A stretch of DNA of 64,000 nucleotides from a virus, in the IMG/VR virus record IMGVR_UViG_3300038829_000263, positions 6,111 through 70,110 of that record, one strand, 5' to 3'. Position 1 is the first letter of the stretch, and each line of letters begins with the position of its first letter. The position numbers were made by a program, and so were the translations under genes. The notes below the pieces were generated by a model. It saw only the letters and a program-made list of their open reading frames with translations. It made no database searches and was not told where the DNA came from. This document shows, piece by piece, positions 16,976 through 26,310 of this stretch.

Positions 16976-17709
16976 CGGTCGTCTACCTGTCCTGGTGCAG
17001 CCCAGGCACGCTGACGCTCGAGCGCCACGCGGACGGCGAGGCCGTGGACCTCCTCGTGGCCTACCCCTTCCTGCGCGAGTTCGAGAAGGTCCGGGGCAGG
17101 TTCAACATTCGGTCGTGGTGCCTTGACTCCGGGGCGTTCACCGTGTGGCAGGGCGGCGGCAAGATCGAGCTCGCCGACTACATGGCGGTCGCGCGCGACA
17201 CGGATGCGTGCGAGGTGTTCGGCCTCGACGTCGTCGGCGACCCCGAGGCCACGCGCCGGAACCTGGAGGTGATGTGGGAGGCCGGCATCAAGGCCATCCC
17301 GACCTTCCATTACGGCTCCCCGCCCGAGGCCCTGGACTGGTGCGCCAGGCACGCCGACAAGATCGCGCTCGGCGGGTCGGTCGACACGACGGATGAGCGG
17401 CGCGTCGCTTGGGCCGTGGCCTGCCTGGGCCGGGTCTGGCCGAAGAAGGTGCATGGCTTCTCGCTCTCTTCCTGGCGGGCGCTCAAGGCCGGTCCCTTCC
17501 ATTCGGTCGACGCCTCGTCCTGGACCTTCGCGCCGGCGCAGTACGGGGCCTGGGCGGGCTTCACGGGCAAGCAGATGCCGATGCGCACGCGCGGCGTCCG
17601 CGACTTCTGGATCGAGGTCCAGGAGCATCAGAAGCGGGCGCGCTGGGCCGAGTGGCGCTGGCGCCGGGAGCTCGCGGCACTCGATGGGAGGACGACGTGT
17701 ACCACCTGA
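16972..17709 (+). CDS. dpdA: DpdA/TGT-like protein, paralog 2
   Basis: LDSGAF, GLDVVGD, PTFHYG, IALGG, KVHGF, HSVDASSW. Confidence 0.7.
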   Translation: MTVVYLSWCSPGTLTLERHADGEAVDLLVAYPFLREFEKVRGRFNIRSWCLDSGAFTVWQGGGKIELADYMAVARDTDACEVFGLDVVGDPEATRRNLEVMWEAGIKAIPTFHYGSPPEALDWCARHADKIALGGSVDTTDERRVAWAVACLGRVWPKKVHGFSLSSWRALKAGPFHSVDASSWTFAPAQYGAWAGFTGKQMPMRTRGVRDFWIEVQEHQKRARWAEWRWRRELAALDGRTTCTT

Positions 17710-18125
17710 GCAAGGAGTTCCGGTTCGAGGCGGCGCACCGCCTCCCCGACCACGACGGCAAGTGCGCGCGCCTGCACGGGCACTCCTGGCGCGGCGTCGT
17801 TCATGTCTCCGGCCACCGTCTCGAGCAGGAAGGCCCCAAGGCGGGCATGCTCCTCGACTACGGCATCGTCAAGGGCCTCGTGGCGGACCTGGTGGAAGAG
17901 AAGCTCGACCACCACTACCTGAACGAGACCCTGCCGGACCTTGGTCCGCCGACGAGCGAGAACCTGGCGAGGTTCATCTACGACTACGTGCAGGGTCGTC
18001 TCGTTCAGATGGGCCTGTTCCCGACGGTCTGCAGCGTGACGAAGGTCACGATCGAGGAGACCTGCACGAGCGCCTGCGTCTACGATGGGGAGCGCATGCA
18101 CGATCCTCGAATGGCGGGCCTGTGA
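17697..18125 (+). CDS. queD: 6-carboxytetrahydropterin synthase
   Basis: KEFRFEAAHRLP, CARLHGHSW, LDHHYLN, PTSENLA, EETCTS. Confidence 0.95.
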   Translation: MYHLSKEFRFEAAHRLPDHDGKCARLHGHSWRGVVHVSGHRLEQEGPKAGMLLDYGIVKGLVADLVEEKLDHHYLNETLPDLGPPTSENLARFIYDYVQGRLVQMGLFPTVCSVTKVTIEETCTSACVYDGERMHDPRMAGL

Positions 18126-18808
18126 AGCAGTACGCGCTCGTCGAGGCGTTCCTGTCGCCCCAGGGCGAGGGGGCTCGCGTGGGTACGATCAACGTGTTCG
18201 TCCGCTTCGCGGGGTGCAACCTCCAGTGCGTGGACGGGAAGGCCCTGGGCCGGCCTCTCCAGGGCCGCGAGGTCGACGCCAAGTTCTTTTGTGACACAGA
18301 CTTTGCCCAGGCTAAGGGCCGGATGACGGCCGAGGAGATCGTGGAGCTCGTCAAGCGCCTCGACGTGGGGAGCTGCGGCTGGGTGATCCTGACGGGCGGC
18401 GAGCCCTCGCTCCAGGTCGACGGCGAGCTCGTGCGGTGGCTGCGCAGCGCCGGCTACAAGCTGGCGATCGAGACGAACGGAACGGGCGCTAGCTGGTCCC
18501 TATTCCACTCGATGTACGACTGGATCTCGTGCTCGCCGAAGCCAGGCACGCGCGTCGGCCTGGAGGAGGCCGATGAAGTCCGGTGCGTCGTGAAGGCCGG
18601 CCAGGCGCCCGACGCGCGCGGCGTTCGGGCGAAGCACTACTTCGTCTCGCCAGCCTTCAAGGCTCCCACGGCCGACAAGCTCGCCGGCTGGAGCGCTTCG
18701 CCGGCCGACCTCGACCCCGAGGCGTGCGCCTGGGCCGTCGAGTGGTGCCGTCACAACCCGATGTGGCGGGTCTCGATGCAGGTCCACAAGCTGCTGGGGG
18801 TGCGCTGA
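18122..18808 (+). CDS. queE: 7-carboxy-7-deazaguanine synthase (radical SAM)
   Basis: SPQGEG, FVRFAGCNLQC...FCDTDF, LTGGEP, IETNG, SPK, SMQVHK. Confidence 0.92.
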   Translation: MKQYALVEAFLSPQGEGARVGTINVFVRFAGCNLQCVDGKALGRPLQGREVDAKFFCDTDFAQAKGRMTAEEIVELVKRLDVGSCGWVILTGGEPSLQVDGELVRWLRSAGYKLAIETNGTGASWSLFHSMYDWISCSPKPGTRVGLEEADEVRCVVKAGQAPDARGVRAKHYFVSPAFKAPTADKLAGWSASPADLDPEACAWAVEWCRHNPMWRVSMQVHKLLGVR

Positions 18809-19530
18809 TGAGCCGGACGCTGACCTACGGATGCTGTGGCGCGCCTGTCGACGCCAGCCACAAGCTGACGTGCCCTGACAACGGGGGCCACCTGGCGGAG
18901 ATCGCGGCCGGCGGCGTGCGCGCGCTGCTCGAGTCGGCCGGCCTCGACTGGAAGAACGACAGCGGGCTCAAGGACACCCCCGACCGCGTCGTGCGAGCCT
19001 TCCGGGAGTTCACGGCCGGCTACCGCGAGGACCCGGCGAAGATCCTGGCGCGCACGTTCGAGACGGAGAACGACGAGATGGTCCTCGTCACGGACATCGA
19101 GTTCGCGTCCCTCTGCGAGCACCACCTCCTCCCGTTCCATGGGCTCGCGACGGTCGGCTACATCCCGGGCCTCATCCCCGAGGAGGCGCACTTCGCCACG
19201 CTCGCGGGAACGGACCTGATCGCGCCCCAGCCCTGCGTGCCGCGCCGGAAGATCGTGGGCCTGTCGAAGATCCCGCGCCTCGTCCATTGCTTCGCGCGTC
19301 GCCTCCAGGTCCAGGAGTCGCTGACGCGCGAGATCGCCCAGGCCCTGGCTGAGCACCTGGACCCCATCGGCGTCGGCGTCGTGATCGAGGCGACCCACAC
19401 GTGCATGAGCGCGCGGGGCGTCCGGGCCTCGGGCGCGAAGATGACGACGAGTTGCCTCCTGGGCGAGTTCCGGGCGCGGCCGGAGGTCCGGGCGGAGTTC
19501 CTGGCCCTGGCCGGCCGGCGGGGGGCCTGA
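18808..19530 (+). CDS. folE: GTP cyclohydrolase I
   Basis: DTPDRV, SLCEHHLLPF, GLSKIPR, LQVQE, HTCMSARG. Confidence 0.95.
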   Translation: MSRTLTYGCCGAPVDASHKLTCPDNGGHLAEIAAGGVRALLESAGLDWKNDSGLKDTPDRVVRAFREFTAGYREDPAKILARTFETENDEMVLVTDIEFASLCEHHLLPFHGLATVGYIPGLIPEEAHFATLAGTDLIAPQPCVPRRKIVGLSKIPRLVHCFARRLQVQESLTREIAQALAEHLDPIGVGVVIEATHTCMSARGVRASGAKMTTSCLLGEFRARPEVRAEFLALAGRRGA

Positions 19531-19898
19531 TGGGCCGGCAGTCGCGGCTCAAGGCCGAGCGGCGCGCCTGGCGGGCGCAGGAGCAGCGCTCGATGCTCTC
19601 GCAGTGCGGGCAGAAGGACGCGCAGGGCAAGCGATGCATCTTCCCGGCGGAGTGGGAGGGACTGCTGCCGGACGAGTCGGCCGCAGGGCCCGGCGTCATG
19701 CAGGTACGGGAGAAGAAGGTCCGGGCGTGCGAGTTGCACAAGGTCCAGGCCGAGGTGATGGGCGTGGGGCGCGCGTGGGTGCCCATCCACGGGACGCTGG
19801 CTGGGGAGATCTACAAGACGCTCGAAGCGCGCATGAAGAGTCGCGCGGGTAGCACGCCCGTAAAGGGAGGGCAAGCGCAACCTGCTCCCGTGGACTAG
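19530..19898 (+). CDS. hypothetical protein
   Basis: TGATG overlap. Confidence 0.55.
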   Translation: MGRQSRLKAERRAWRAQEQRSMLSQCGQKDAQGKRCIFPAEWEGLLPDESAAGPGVMQVREKKVRACELHKVQAEVMGVGRAWVPIHGTLAGEIYKTLEARMKSRAGSTPVKGGQAQPAPVD

Positions 19899-19909
19899 AT
19901 AAAGGGAGC

Positions 19910-20224
19910 ATGACCGCCTATATTCCTGACAGTGGCACCGGGGCATCGGGTCCCGGCGGCCACGCGGAGGCGGTCATGCACAGCGAGTCGGACGAGCGCG
20001 AGTTCAGTTCCAGCGAGGAGCTGGAGCTGGCCATGGTCGACCCGGTCCGGTGCGAGGACAGCCTGAACGAGGAGTCCTGCACGCGGCCGGCGACGGAGAA
20101 GCTCTGGTACGTGGGCGAGGGCGGCGTGGATGAGCTGATGAACCTCTGCGCGAAGCACCTGATGCCGAATGCTCGGCGGCTGCGCGCGGAGGGGATGACG
20201 CTCAGGCACAGGCACGTCGGGTAA
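19910..20224 (+). CDS. hypothetical protein
   Basis: AAGGGAG SD. Confidence 0.55.
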   Translation: MTAYIPDSGTGASGPGGHAEAVMHSESDEREFSSSEELELAMVDPVRCEDSLNEESCTRPATEKLWYVGEGGVDELMNLCAKHLMPNARRLRAEGMTLRHRHVG

Positions 20225-20232
20225 GAGGCGGC

Positions 20233-20550
20233 TTGAACGTCACGGGCAAGACGAGGGACGCGCTCGCGATCGTGGCGCGGGCGCCGGCCCACGGCATCGC
20301 GCCCATCGAGTTCGCGGCCGCGATGTGGCCCGGCCGCCCCGCGCTCTACGTGACCCGCCCCGCCGCGTCCTACCTCGCCCGCCTCCTGGAGGCCGGCTTC
20401 GTGCGCCTGGCGCCGGGATGCACGGCCGAGTCCCCGCGCTACCACATCACGAAGCTCGGGCACGAGGCCCGGTCCCGGCGCTGGCTGCGCAAGGTCCCGT
20501 TCGTCGACGCCTTGTTCCGGGCCCGGGCGCGGAAGGGGAACAGACGATGA
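20233..20550 (+). CDS. winged-HTH protein (paralog of 62955-63401)
   Basis: GIAPIEFAAAMWP...LARLLEAGFV...YHITKLG. Confidence 0.55.
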   Translation: MNVTGKTRDALAIVARAPAHGIAPIEFAAAMWPGRPALYVTRPAASYLARLLEAGFVRLAPGCTAESPRYHITKLGHEARSRRWLRKVPFVDALFRARARKGNRR

Positions 20551-20894
20551 GCGAAGTGATCCGCAAGTTCCTGTTGTTCATGGGGCGCCATCTCGACGAG
20601 GACTGCCCCGCCGGCGAGCGCTCGGATGCCTCCTGCGCGGAGCTGCGTAGCGGCGTGCTCATCGGCAAGGGTTGCACTGGAGAGATCGGAGGGTGCTGCG
20701 CTGCCAGCGTGGACCTCTCGGCCTTGGCCGAGGAACTGAGAGGGCTGACGGACTTCCCGATGAAGGACCACGATCACGTATGGGGGCCCAAGCGTGGCGG
20801 AGGCTATCGCCTGTGCGAGAAGGCAGCGTGTCCGGCCTACCTCAGCGTCGAGGGCGAGGTCAAGGTCCGCGATGACCTGGAGGCGTCGTCGTGA
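20547..20894 (+). CDS. Cys-rich hypothetical protein
   Basis: Coupled ORF. Confidence 0.5.
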   Translation: MSEVIRKFLLFMGRHLDEDCPAGERSDASCAELRSGVLIGKGCTGEIGGCCAASVDLSALAEELRGLTDFPMKDHDHVWGPKRGGGYRLCEKAACPAYLSVEGEVKVRDDLEASS

Positions 20895-21550
20895 CGATGT
20901 CCTTCACGTGCCCTGCCTGCCAGCGGACCTCCTACAACCCGAACGATGCGCAGCACGGCTACTGCGCCGCCTGCTGCGCCTTCACCGGGGCGCGCACGTT
21001 CACGCCGGCGGTCGTCCAGGGCGTCCTTGCGCCAGGCCCTGAGCCCGCCCAGGCGACCGTCATGGTCCGCGTCCTGGGGAAGCGCGGGGCGCCGTTCGGC
21101 CGCGAGACCATGCGCGACATCGGAACGAGGGCCGCGAACCGCTTCCGCGAGCTCTACCACCGTGACCCGCCTCGTGTTCTCGAGAACCATCCGGAACTGA
21201 GCGCCGAGGCCCTGTCGGTGTTCTGCTACCCCGGGGCGTTCATCGAGATCCTGGACGAGGCCATCGACGCCTTCTCCCAGCAGGAGACGGCCTATGGGCC
21301 CAAGGCCGACCCGCGGCCCCAGCCCTGCGAGTGCTGCGGGGCGCCGCCCTCGGTGACCTCGCCAGTCGTTCCTGGCGCCGGGAAAGCGCCGGGGCCTGAG
21401 CGCTGGCTCTGCGGCCCCTGCAAGGCGAACCCGCGGCCGTTGTGCGGCGCCTGGAAGCAGCTCCCGAGGAACGAGGTCATCCGCTGCGGCCTGCCCGCCG
21501 GCCACTACCCGGCCCGGGCGCATCAGGCCGGCTATCACTCCTGGAGGTAA
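20891..21550 (+). CDS. multi-CxxC protein
   Basis: CPAC, CAAC, CECC, CGPC. Confidence 0.55.
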   Translation: MTMSFTCPACQRTSYNPNDAQHGYCAACCAFTGARTFTPAVVQGVLAPGPEPAQATVMVRVLGKRGAPFGRETMRDIGTRAANRFRELYHRDPPRVLENHPELSAEALSVFCYPGAFIEILDEAIDAFSQQETAYGPKADPRPQPCECCGAPPSVTSPVVPGAGKAPGPERWLCGPCKANPRPLCGAWKQLPRNEVIRCGLPAGHYPARAHQAGYHSWR

Positions 21551-21553
21551 GGC

Positions 21554-21748
21554 ATGGGGGCGAAGGGGCTCAACGTCGACGTGGCAGAGTACTCGGGCCG
21601 GCGGCGCTGCACGCAGCGCGTGCGTGACGCCGATGGTGTCCTGGAGAACTGCGACCGGAAGGCGACGGCGCGCGTGCGCTGGTGGCACGTGCACCGCCAC
21701 GGGCAGGTCAAGACGGCCCGCCGCTTCCGCTGCAAGGACCACGCGTGA
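21554..21748 (+). CDS. small hypothetical protein
   Basis: GGAGG SD. Confidence 0.5.
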   Translation: MGAKGLNVDVAEYSGRRRCTQRVRDADGVLENCDRKATARVRWWHVHRHGQVKTARRFRCKDHA

Positions 21749-21864
21749 GCGAGGGATGGGTCTACCTGCTTGCGCTCCTGGTCCTGGCCTGGGCGCTGAC
21801 CTACGATCCCCTCGCGCACGCCATCCCTGATGACATCCCTGGCTCGGAGGAGCCGGGGCCGTGA
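21745..21864 (+). CDS. small membrane protein
   Basis: [14 protein letters not shown] hydrophobic segment; coupled at both ends. Confidence 0.45.
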   Translation: MSEGWVYLLALLVLAWALTYDPLAHAIPDDIPGSEEPGP

Positions 21865-22298
21865 TCGAGGTGACCCGGCGCGCCCGATGGACGCTCTACA
21901 TCGTCGAGTGCGCCGACGGCTCGCTGTACACAGGCATCACGACGGACCTGCTCCTGCGCGTGGAGGCGCACAGCGAGGGCCTGGGCGCGAAGTACACGCG
22001 CGGCCGCGGGCCCGTGCACCTGCGCTACCAGCGCCGAGGGCTCACGAGGAGCCAGGCCCTGCGCGAGGAGCGGCGAGTCAAGCGCCTCTCCCGGGAGCAG
22101 AAGCTGGCGCTCTGCCGGGCGCGCGTCGAGTGCGCGCATGGCCAGGCGCTCTCGCCTCTCTTCCGCCTGTCCGGCGGCGTGAAGCCGCCCGGCATGACCT
22201 CGACGAACAACTGCTGGTGCTGTGGCGTCTGGCTCGGCCCCGAGGACTACGACGGGACGTGCCCGTGCTGCGACGCGACAACCGACGAGGAGATGTGA
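21861..22298 (+). CDS. GIY-YIG nuclease (UPF0213-like) with C-terminal CxxC finger
   Basis: [16 protein letters not shown]...[12 protein letters not shown]. Confidence 0.9.
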   Translation: MIEVTRRARWTLYIVECADGSLYTGITTDLLLRVEAHSEGLGAKYTRGRGPVHLRYQRRGLTRSQALREERRVKRLSREQKLALCRARVECAHGQALSPLFRLSGGVKPPGMTSTNNCWCCGVWLGPEDYDGTCPCCDATTDEEM

Positions 22299-22299
22299 C

Positions 22300-22548
22300 A
22301 TGGACGAGCTGCAGGACGACCACGTGGCGCGGCGCATCGTGATGAGGCGCGAGGTCTGGGACAACCTCGTCCACCTGGCCGACGCCCTGCGCGAGTCGCG
22401 TGGGATCGAAGTCACGCCCACCGACGTGGCCACAATCGCGCTCGAGGCCGGCATGTCCGAGGTGCGCAAGGCGGCGGAGACCGCGACCGCCGCCCTGGAG
22501 AATAAGAGGACCAAGGGCGGGAAGAAGAAGGCCAAGCGCAAGCGGTGA
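22300..22548 (+). CDS. small basic, possibly RHH-like protein
   Basis: RIVMRREVWDNLVHLA; K-rich tail. Confidence 0.45.
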   Translation: MDELQDDHVARRIVMRREVWDNLVHLADALRESRGIEVTPTDVATIALEAGMSEVRKAAETATAALENKRTKGGKKKAKRKR

Positions 22549-23135
22549 TCGTCGCGCGCTGCCGGCTCTGCGGGAAGGACGGACCGCACCGGCCGCGCGC
22601 GGACTGTAAGACCCTGCGCGCGTGCAACGACTGCGAGGCCGACCGCGCCCGGGCCTGGCGCGAGAAGCGGGCCCTGCACCGGAAGCTCTACGACACCTGG
22701 AAGGGGATGATCCGGCGCTGCCACGGCGGCTGCGATCGATGGTCCTTCTGCCCAGGCGTCCCCTCCTGGAACGACTACGGTGGCCAGGGCATCCACGTCT
22801 GCCGGCGCTGGCGCGGGCCCGGAGGCTTCCTCCGCTTCGCCATCGATGTCGGGCCCCCGCCGAGCATGGAGCACACGCTCGACCGCAAGCGCACGCGCCT
22901 CGGCTACCGGCCGAGCAACGTGCGCTGGGCGACGCCGGCGGAGCAGGCGGCCAACCGCTCGAACACGCGCTGGGTCGAGGGCCCGTGCCCGGAGACGGGC
23001 CAGACCCTGCGCCTCTCCTGCTCGGAGTGGGGCCGGCGGACGGGCATCGACCGCCGCACGATCGCGAGGCGCCTGGACCGCGGCTGGACACCGGCGGAGG
23101 CCCTGAAATGCGCGGCCGTCGGATGCCCCTTCTAA
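22545..23135 (+). CDS. HNH-type homing endonuclease
   Basis: YDTWKGMIRRC, YGGQGIHVCRRW, DVGPPP, HTLDR, GYRPSNVRWAT. Confidence 0.85.
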   Translation: MIVARCRLCGKDGPHRPRADCKTLRACNDCEADRARAWREKRALHRKLYDTWKGMIRRCHGGCDRWSFCPGVPSWNDYGGQGIHVCRRWRGPGGFLRFAIDVGPPPSMEHTLDRKRTRLGYRPSNVRWATPAEQAANRSNTRWVEGPCPETGQTLRLSCSEWGRRTGIDRRTIARRLDRGWTPAEALKCAAVGCPF

Positions 23136-23176
23136 GGTAGTGGCAGGCAACGGCCGCGAGCCTGCGTCAACGGACC

Positions 23177-23236
23177 CTTGCGCAAGCTAGCGTGGGCGGC
23201 TAATATCGCCTCTGCCGGCCAAGAGCCGGGAAGGAG
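23177..23236 (+). promoter_or_regulatory. promoter-hairpin-SD cassette, copy 2
   Basis: TTGCGC 23178, N17, TAATAT 23201; CCGGC-caaga-GCCGG; AAGGAG. Confidence 0.85.
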
Positions 23237-23242
23237 CCTCGA

Positions 23243-23548
23243 ATGAGCCGCCTCTACTCGCCCGACCACGACGCCCTCTGGCTGGAGCTCGACGGCACCG
23301 TCATCACGACCGAGGACGAGGACGGGATCGAGTGCGCGCTGCGCGCCCGCACCTATCAGGCCGTCTACCCCTACGGGCACTACCGCCTCTCCCTGGACCT
23401 CGTGCCCACGGCGCGCGGCCGCCGCACCGAGGCGTATCAGAAGATCCGCCAGGAGCTGCGCGACGACTGGAGCACCGACCTGACCGAGAGCGACCCCGAG
23501 CGCGTCGCGGCGATCCTCGAGCGCCTCCAGGCGAAGGCCGGCCAGTGA
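23243..23548 (+). CDS. hypothetical protein
   Basis: First gene after cassette. Confidence 0.65.
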   Translation: MSRLYSPDHDALWLELDGTVITTEDEDGIECALRARTYQAVYPYGHYRLSLDLVPTARGRRTEAYQKIRQELRDDWSTDLTESDPERVAAILERLQAKAGQ

Positions 23549-24411
23549 GCCGCCTCCTGCCCCTGGCTGGGCCCGCCCGCCCCGATCCCTCCCTGCCCCT
23601 CGTCGTCAGCTACGGCGCCGGCGTCGACTCGACGGCCGTCCTCGTGGGCCTCGCGGCCCGGGGCATCCGGCCTGACTACGTCCTCTTCGCCGACACGGGC
23701 TCCGAGCACCCGGAGACCTACGACTTCCTGCCCGTGATCGATGCCTGGCTCGCCTCCGTCGGCTTCCCGCGCCTGACGATCGTGCGGAACCGCTCGCCCC
23801 GGACGGGCTACGTGAGCCTGGAGGTCAACTGCTGCTCGAACGAGACGCTCCCCTCCCAGGCGTTCCGCGGCGGCCAGCCCGGCGGCGGCGCCTGCAGCGC
23901 ACGCTGGAAGCACGAGCCCATGGACCGCTGGCTGTTCAGGGCCGGCGTCAAGCAGCGCGTGCGGGCGATCGGCTACGACAACGGCAAGCAGGACCGCAAG
24001 CGCGCCGGCCGGGGCTCGGGCGAGGCGAAGAAGCACAAGCGCGACCTGTTCTGGTATCCCCTCCAGGACTGGGGCTGGGACCGCGCGCGGTGCGAGCAGG
24101 AGATCGCGGCCGCGGGCCTGCCCGTGCCCCGCAAGAGCTCGTGCTTCTTCTGCCCCGCGATGAAGGCGCCCGAGATCCGGGACCTGGCGGCCAAGCACCC
24201 GGCGCTGCTGCGCCGCGCGATCCAGATGGAGAACGGCGCCCGGGCCGGAAAGCACGGCCTGCGCTCGGTCAAGGGCCTCGGCCGCTCGTTCTCCTGGGGT
24301 GCTATGGCGGAGGCCGAGGGCCTGCTCGTCGGCGTGGCCGTCGAGGCTGTCGCGCCCACGGCCCAGGGCGCCGGGGCGGCCTTCCTGCTCGAGCGGACGA
24401 CCCTGTCCTAA
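23545..24411 (+). CDS. PAPS-reductase-like PP-loop protein
   Basis: VSYGAGVDS, FADTGSEHPETY, RKSSCFFCP. Confidence 0.8.
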   Translation: MSRLLPLAGPARPDPSLPLVVSYGAGVDSTAVLVGLAARGIRPDYVLFADTGSEHPETYDFLPVIDAWLASVGFPRLTIVRNRSPRTGYVSLEVNCCSNETLPSQAFRGGQPGGGACSARWKHEPMDRWLFRAGVKQRVRAIGYDNGKQDRKRAGRGSGEAKKHKRDLFWYPLQDWGWDRARCEQEIAAAGLPVPRKSSCFFCPAMKAPEIRDLAAKHPALLRRAIQMENGARAGKHGLRSVKGLGRSFSWGAMAEAEGLLVGVAVEAVAPTAQGAGAAFLLERTTLS

Positions 24412-24451
24412 CTGGCCTCCCCGCAACGCTCGCCTGGCCAGCCCCCACGGG

Positions 24452-24513
24452 CTTGCGCAAGAGGGCATGCGCGGCTAATATCGCGGAGTGCCGGCAAGGC
24501 CCGGCCGAAGGAG
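24452..24513 (+). promoter_or_regulatory. promoter-hairpin-SD cassette, copy 3
   Basis: TTGCGC 24453, N17, TAATAT 24476; GCCGG-caaggc-CCGGC; AAGGAG. Confidence 0.85.
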
Positions 24514-24519
24514 CGACGA

Positions 24520-25008
24520 ATGGACGGCATGGTGCGGACCCTGGAGCGCGAGGCGGCGGTGGCGGTGGCGGGCGAGGAGAGCGGCGGCGACCTGCGGGAG
24601 CGCCTCGCCCTGGCGAAGATCAGGGCCGGCGCCCTCGTCGCGGTCATTCGCACGCGCAAGCGCGAGGACTCGAACGCCAAGCGCGTCAGCGTGACGAAGC
24701 GCGCGGCCAACGGCAATACCTGGAAGTCCCAGCAGAAGCGTGCGGCGCGCCTCTACCTCTTCTTCAAGGGCGGCGACTCGCCGAAGGCGCGCCGCCTGGC
24801 CATGCGCCTCGCCCTGGCCGACCTCGGCCTGGCCTCGGCCGAGCCGAAGTCCCTGCCCCTGGGCCTCGTGGCCACCTGGGCCCGCGACGCCGGCTGCTCC
24901 TGCGGCTGCTCGCCCGGCTTCGTCCTCTCTGGGCCCCTGGCCGATGAGCTGCGCGGCTGGGACCTCTTCGCCGACGTCCTCTCCGCCGAGCCCGAGGAAC
25001 TTTCGTGA
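24520..25008 (+). CDS. hypothetical protein
   Basis: First gene after cassette. Confidence 0.65.
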   Translation: MDGMVRTLEREAAVAVAGEESGGDLRERLALAKIRAGALVAVIRTRKREDSNAKRVSVTKRAANGNTWKSQQKRAARLYLFFKGGDSPKARRLAMRLALADLGLASAEPKSLPLGLVATWARDAGCSCGCSPGFVLSGPLADELRGWDLFADVLSAEPEELS

Positions 25009-25298
25009 CCACCCTGCGCGAGGCCCTGCGGATGGACATTCGTGAGGTTGTGGCCGACCCCGAGTGGCAGGCGCTGCGTGAGTCGCTAGTGGGAACCTGG
25101 AAGTCCCAGGGCCCCGAGAACGCGGCGCGCCTTCGGGCCTACGTGGGCGACTTCAAGGATCCGCTGCGCGTGCGCCGCGTCCTGAACTACCTGACCGGGA
25201 CCGGGTTCCGTTCGGGTGCGATCGCGTGCCCCGAGGCCGGCACCTTGCGCGAAGAGGTCAGGGCGGCCTACGCCTGGCACCGGGCCGGTTGCTCGTGA
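25005..25298 (+). CDS. hypothetical protein
   Basis: Coupled ORF. Confidence 0.6.
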   Translation: MTTLREALRMDIREVVADPEWQALRESLVGTWKSQGPENAARLRAYVGDFKDPLRVRRVLNYLTGTGFRSGAIACPEAGTLREEVRAAYAWHRAGCS

Positions 25299-25609
25299 GC
25301 GCCCCCTGGACCCAACGAGATGAGCTGGCCCTGCGCGCCGAGATGGAGCGGCGGTTCAAGTCCCGGACCCCGGCGGCCCGCATCGACGAAGTGCTCGTGG
25401 AGACGCGCGTCGGTCGCGGCGAGATGCGGGCCTGGGCAACGGAGACCCTGGGCAAGGCCATCCCCGAGGCGGCCGACGTGCCCCTCGCGGCCGAGCGCGC
25501 CCGCTGGTATCGGCAGATGGCCCTCCGCGTGATCGCGGCGCAGGACCGGGACAACCTGCGGACGGCGCGCGCCTACTTCCGGCGCGTGGCGAGGCAGCCC
25601 GGAGCATGA
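25295..25609 (+). CDS. hypothetical protein
   Basis: Coupled ORF. Confidence 0.55.
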   Translation: MSAPWTQRDELALRAEMERRFKSRTPAARIDEVLVETRVGRGEMRAWATETLGKAIPEAADVPLAAERARWYRQMALRVIAAQDRDNLRTARAYFRRVARQPGA

Positions 25610-25857
25610 GGAAGCGCGCCACGATCGCCCAGGGCCTCGTCCGCCGCACCTGGCCGGCCTACCAGATCGAGGAGGTCTACGAGCACGGCGTCCGCGCGCT
25701 GACGACGCCTGGGCGCGCCGCCTACACCTACGAGGTCTTCCAGGGCGAGGTGCTCGTCTGGAGCCGCAGGGTCTACTTCGACGCCGGTCATGCGGCGCGC
25801 GTCGAGACGGCGCGCGAGCAGGACGCCTTCGCGACCAAGCTCGCCAGGGGGAAGTGA
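25606..25857 (+). CDS. hypothetical protein
   Basis: Coupled ORF. Confidence 0.55.
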   Translation: MRKRATIAQGLVRRTWPAYQIEEVYEHGVRALTTPGRAAYTYEVFQGEVLVWSRRVYFDAGHAARVETAREQDAFATKLARGK

Positions 25858-26310
25858 ATGGGCTGGGTCGAGGACCGCGAGGAGCAGATGCGGCCAGCGC
25901 CGCGGGTCGACTACTGCATCACGTGTGGGCGCGAGCACGAGGCGCGCCCCTTCCTTCGGGACGTGACGCCCGCGCATCGGGCCCGCTACCTCCAGGGCAC
26001 GCCACGGTTCCCCGTCCCGCCCGTCCCGACGAGTGGGTGGGACATGGACGCCTGGTGCCGCTGGATCGACGGGCACGGCGAGTGGGGCGAGCCCCTGGGC
26101 AACGAGCGCGACCCGCGCGCCGACCCTGTCAAGGGCGACGTCCTGCGCCTCCTGGGCAAGTGCCTGGCAGTCGAGGAAGTCGGCCCCTCTCGAACCATGC
26201 AGGGCGAGTCATCCGTGATCTACAAGATCGACGGGCGCCTGTTCGACGCCCGCTCTCTGACGCGCTGGCGCGAGACGACGAGTAGGGCGGAGGTCGTGAG
26301 TCGCGCATGA
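25858..26310 (+). CDS. hypothetical protein with DPRxxPxxGDV domain
   Basis: DPRADPVKGDVL...SLTRWRE...EVV, shared with 33476-33883. Confidence 0.55.
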   Translation: MGWVEDREEQMRPAPRVDYCITCGREHEARPFLRDVTPAHRARYLQGTPRFPVPPVPTSGWDMDAWCRWIDGHGEWGEPLGNERDPRADPVKGDVLRLLGKCLAVEEVGPSRTMQGESSVIYKIDGRLFDARSLTRWRETTSRAEVVSRA

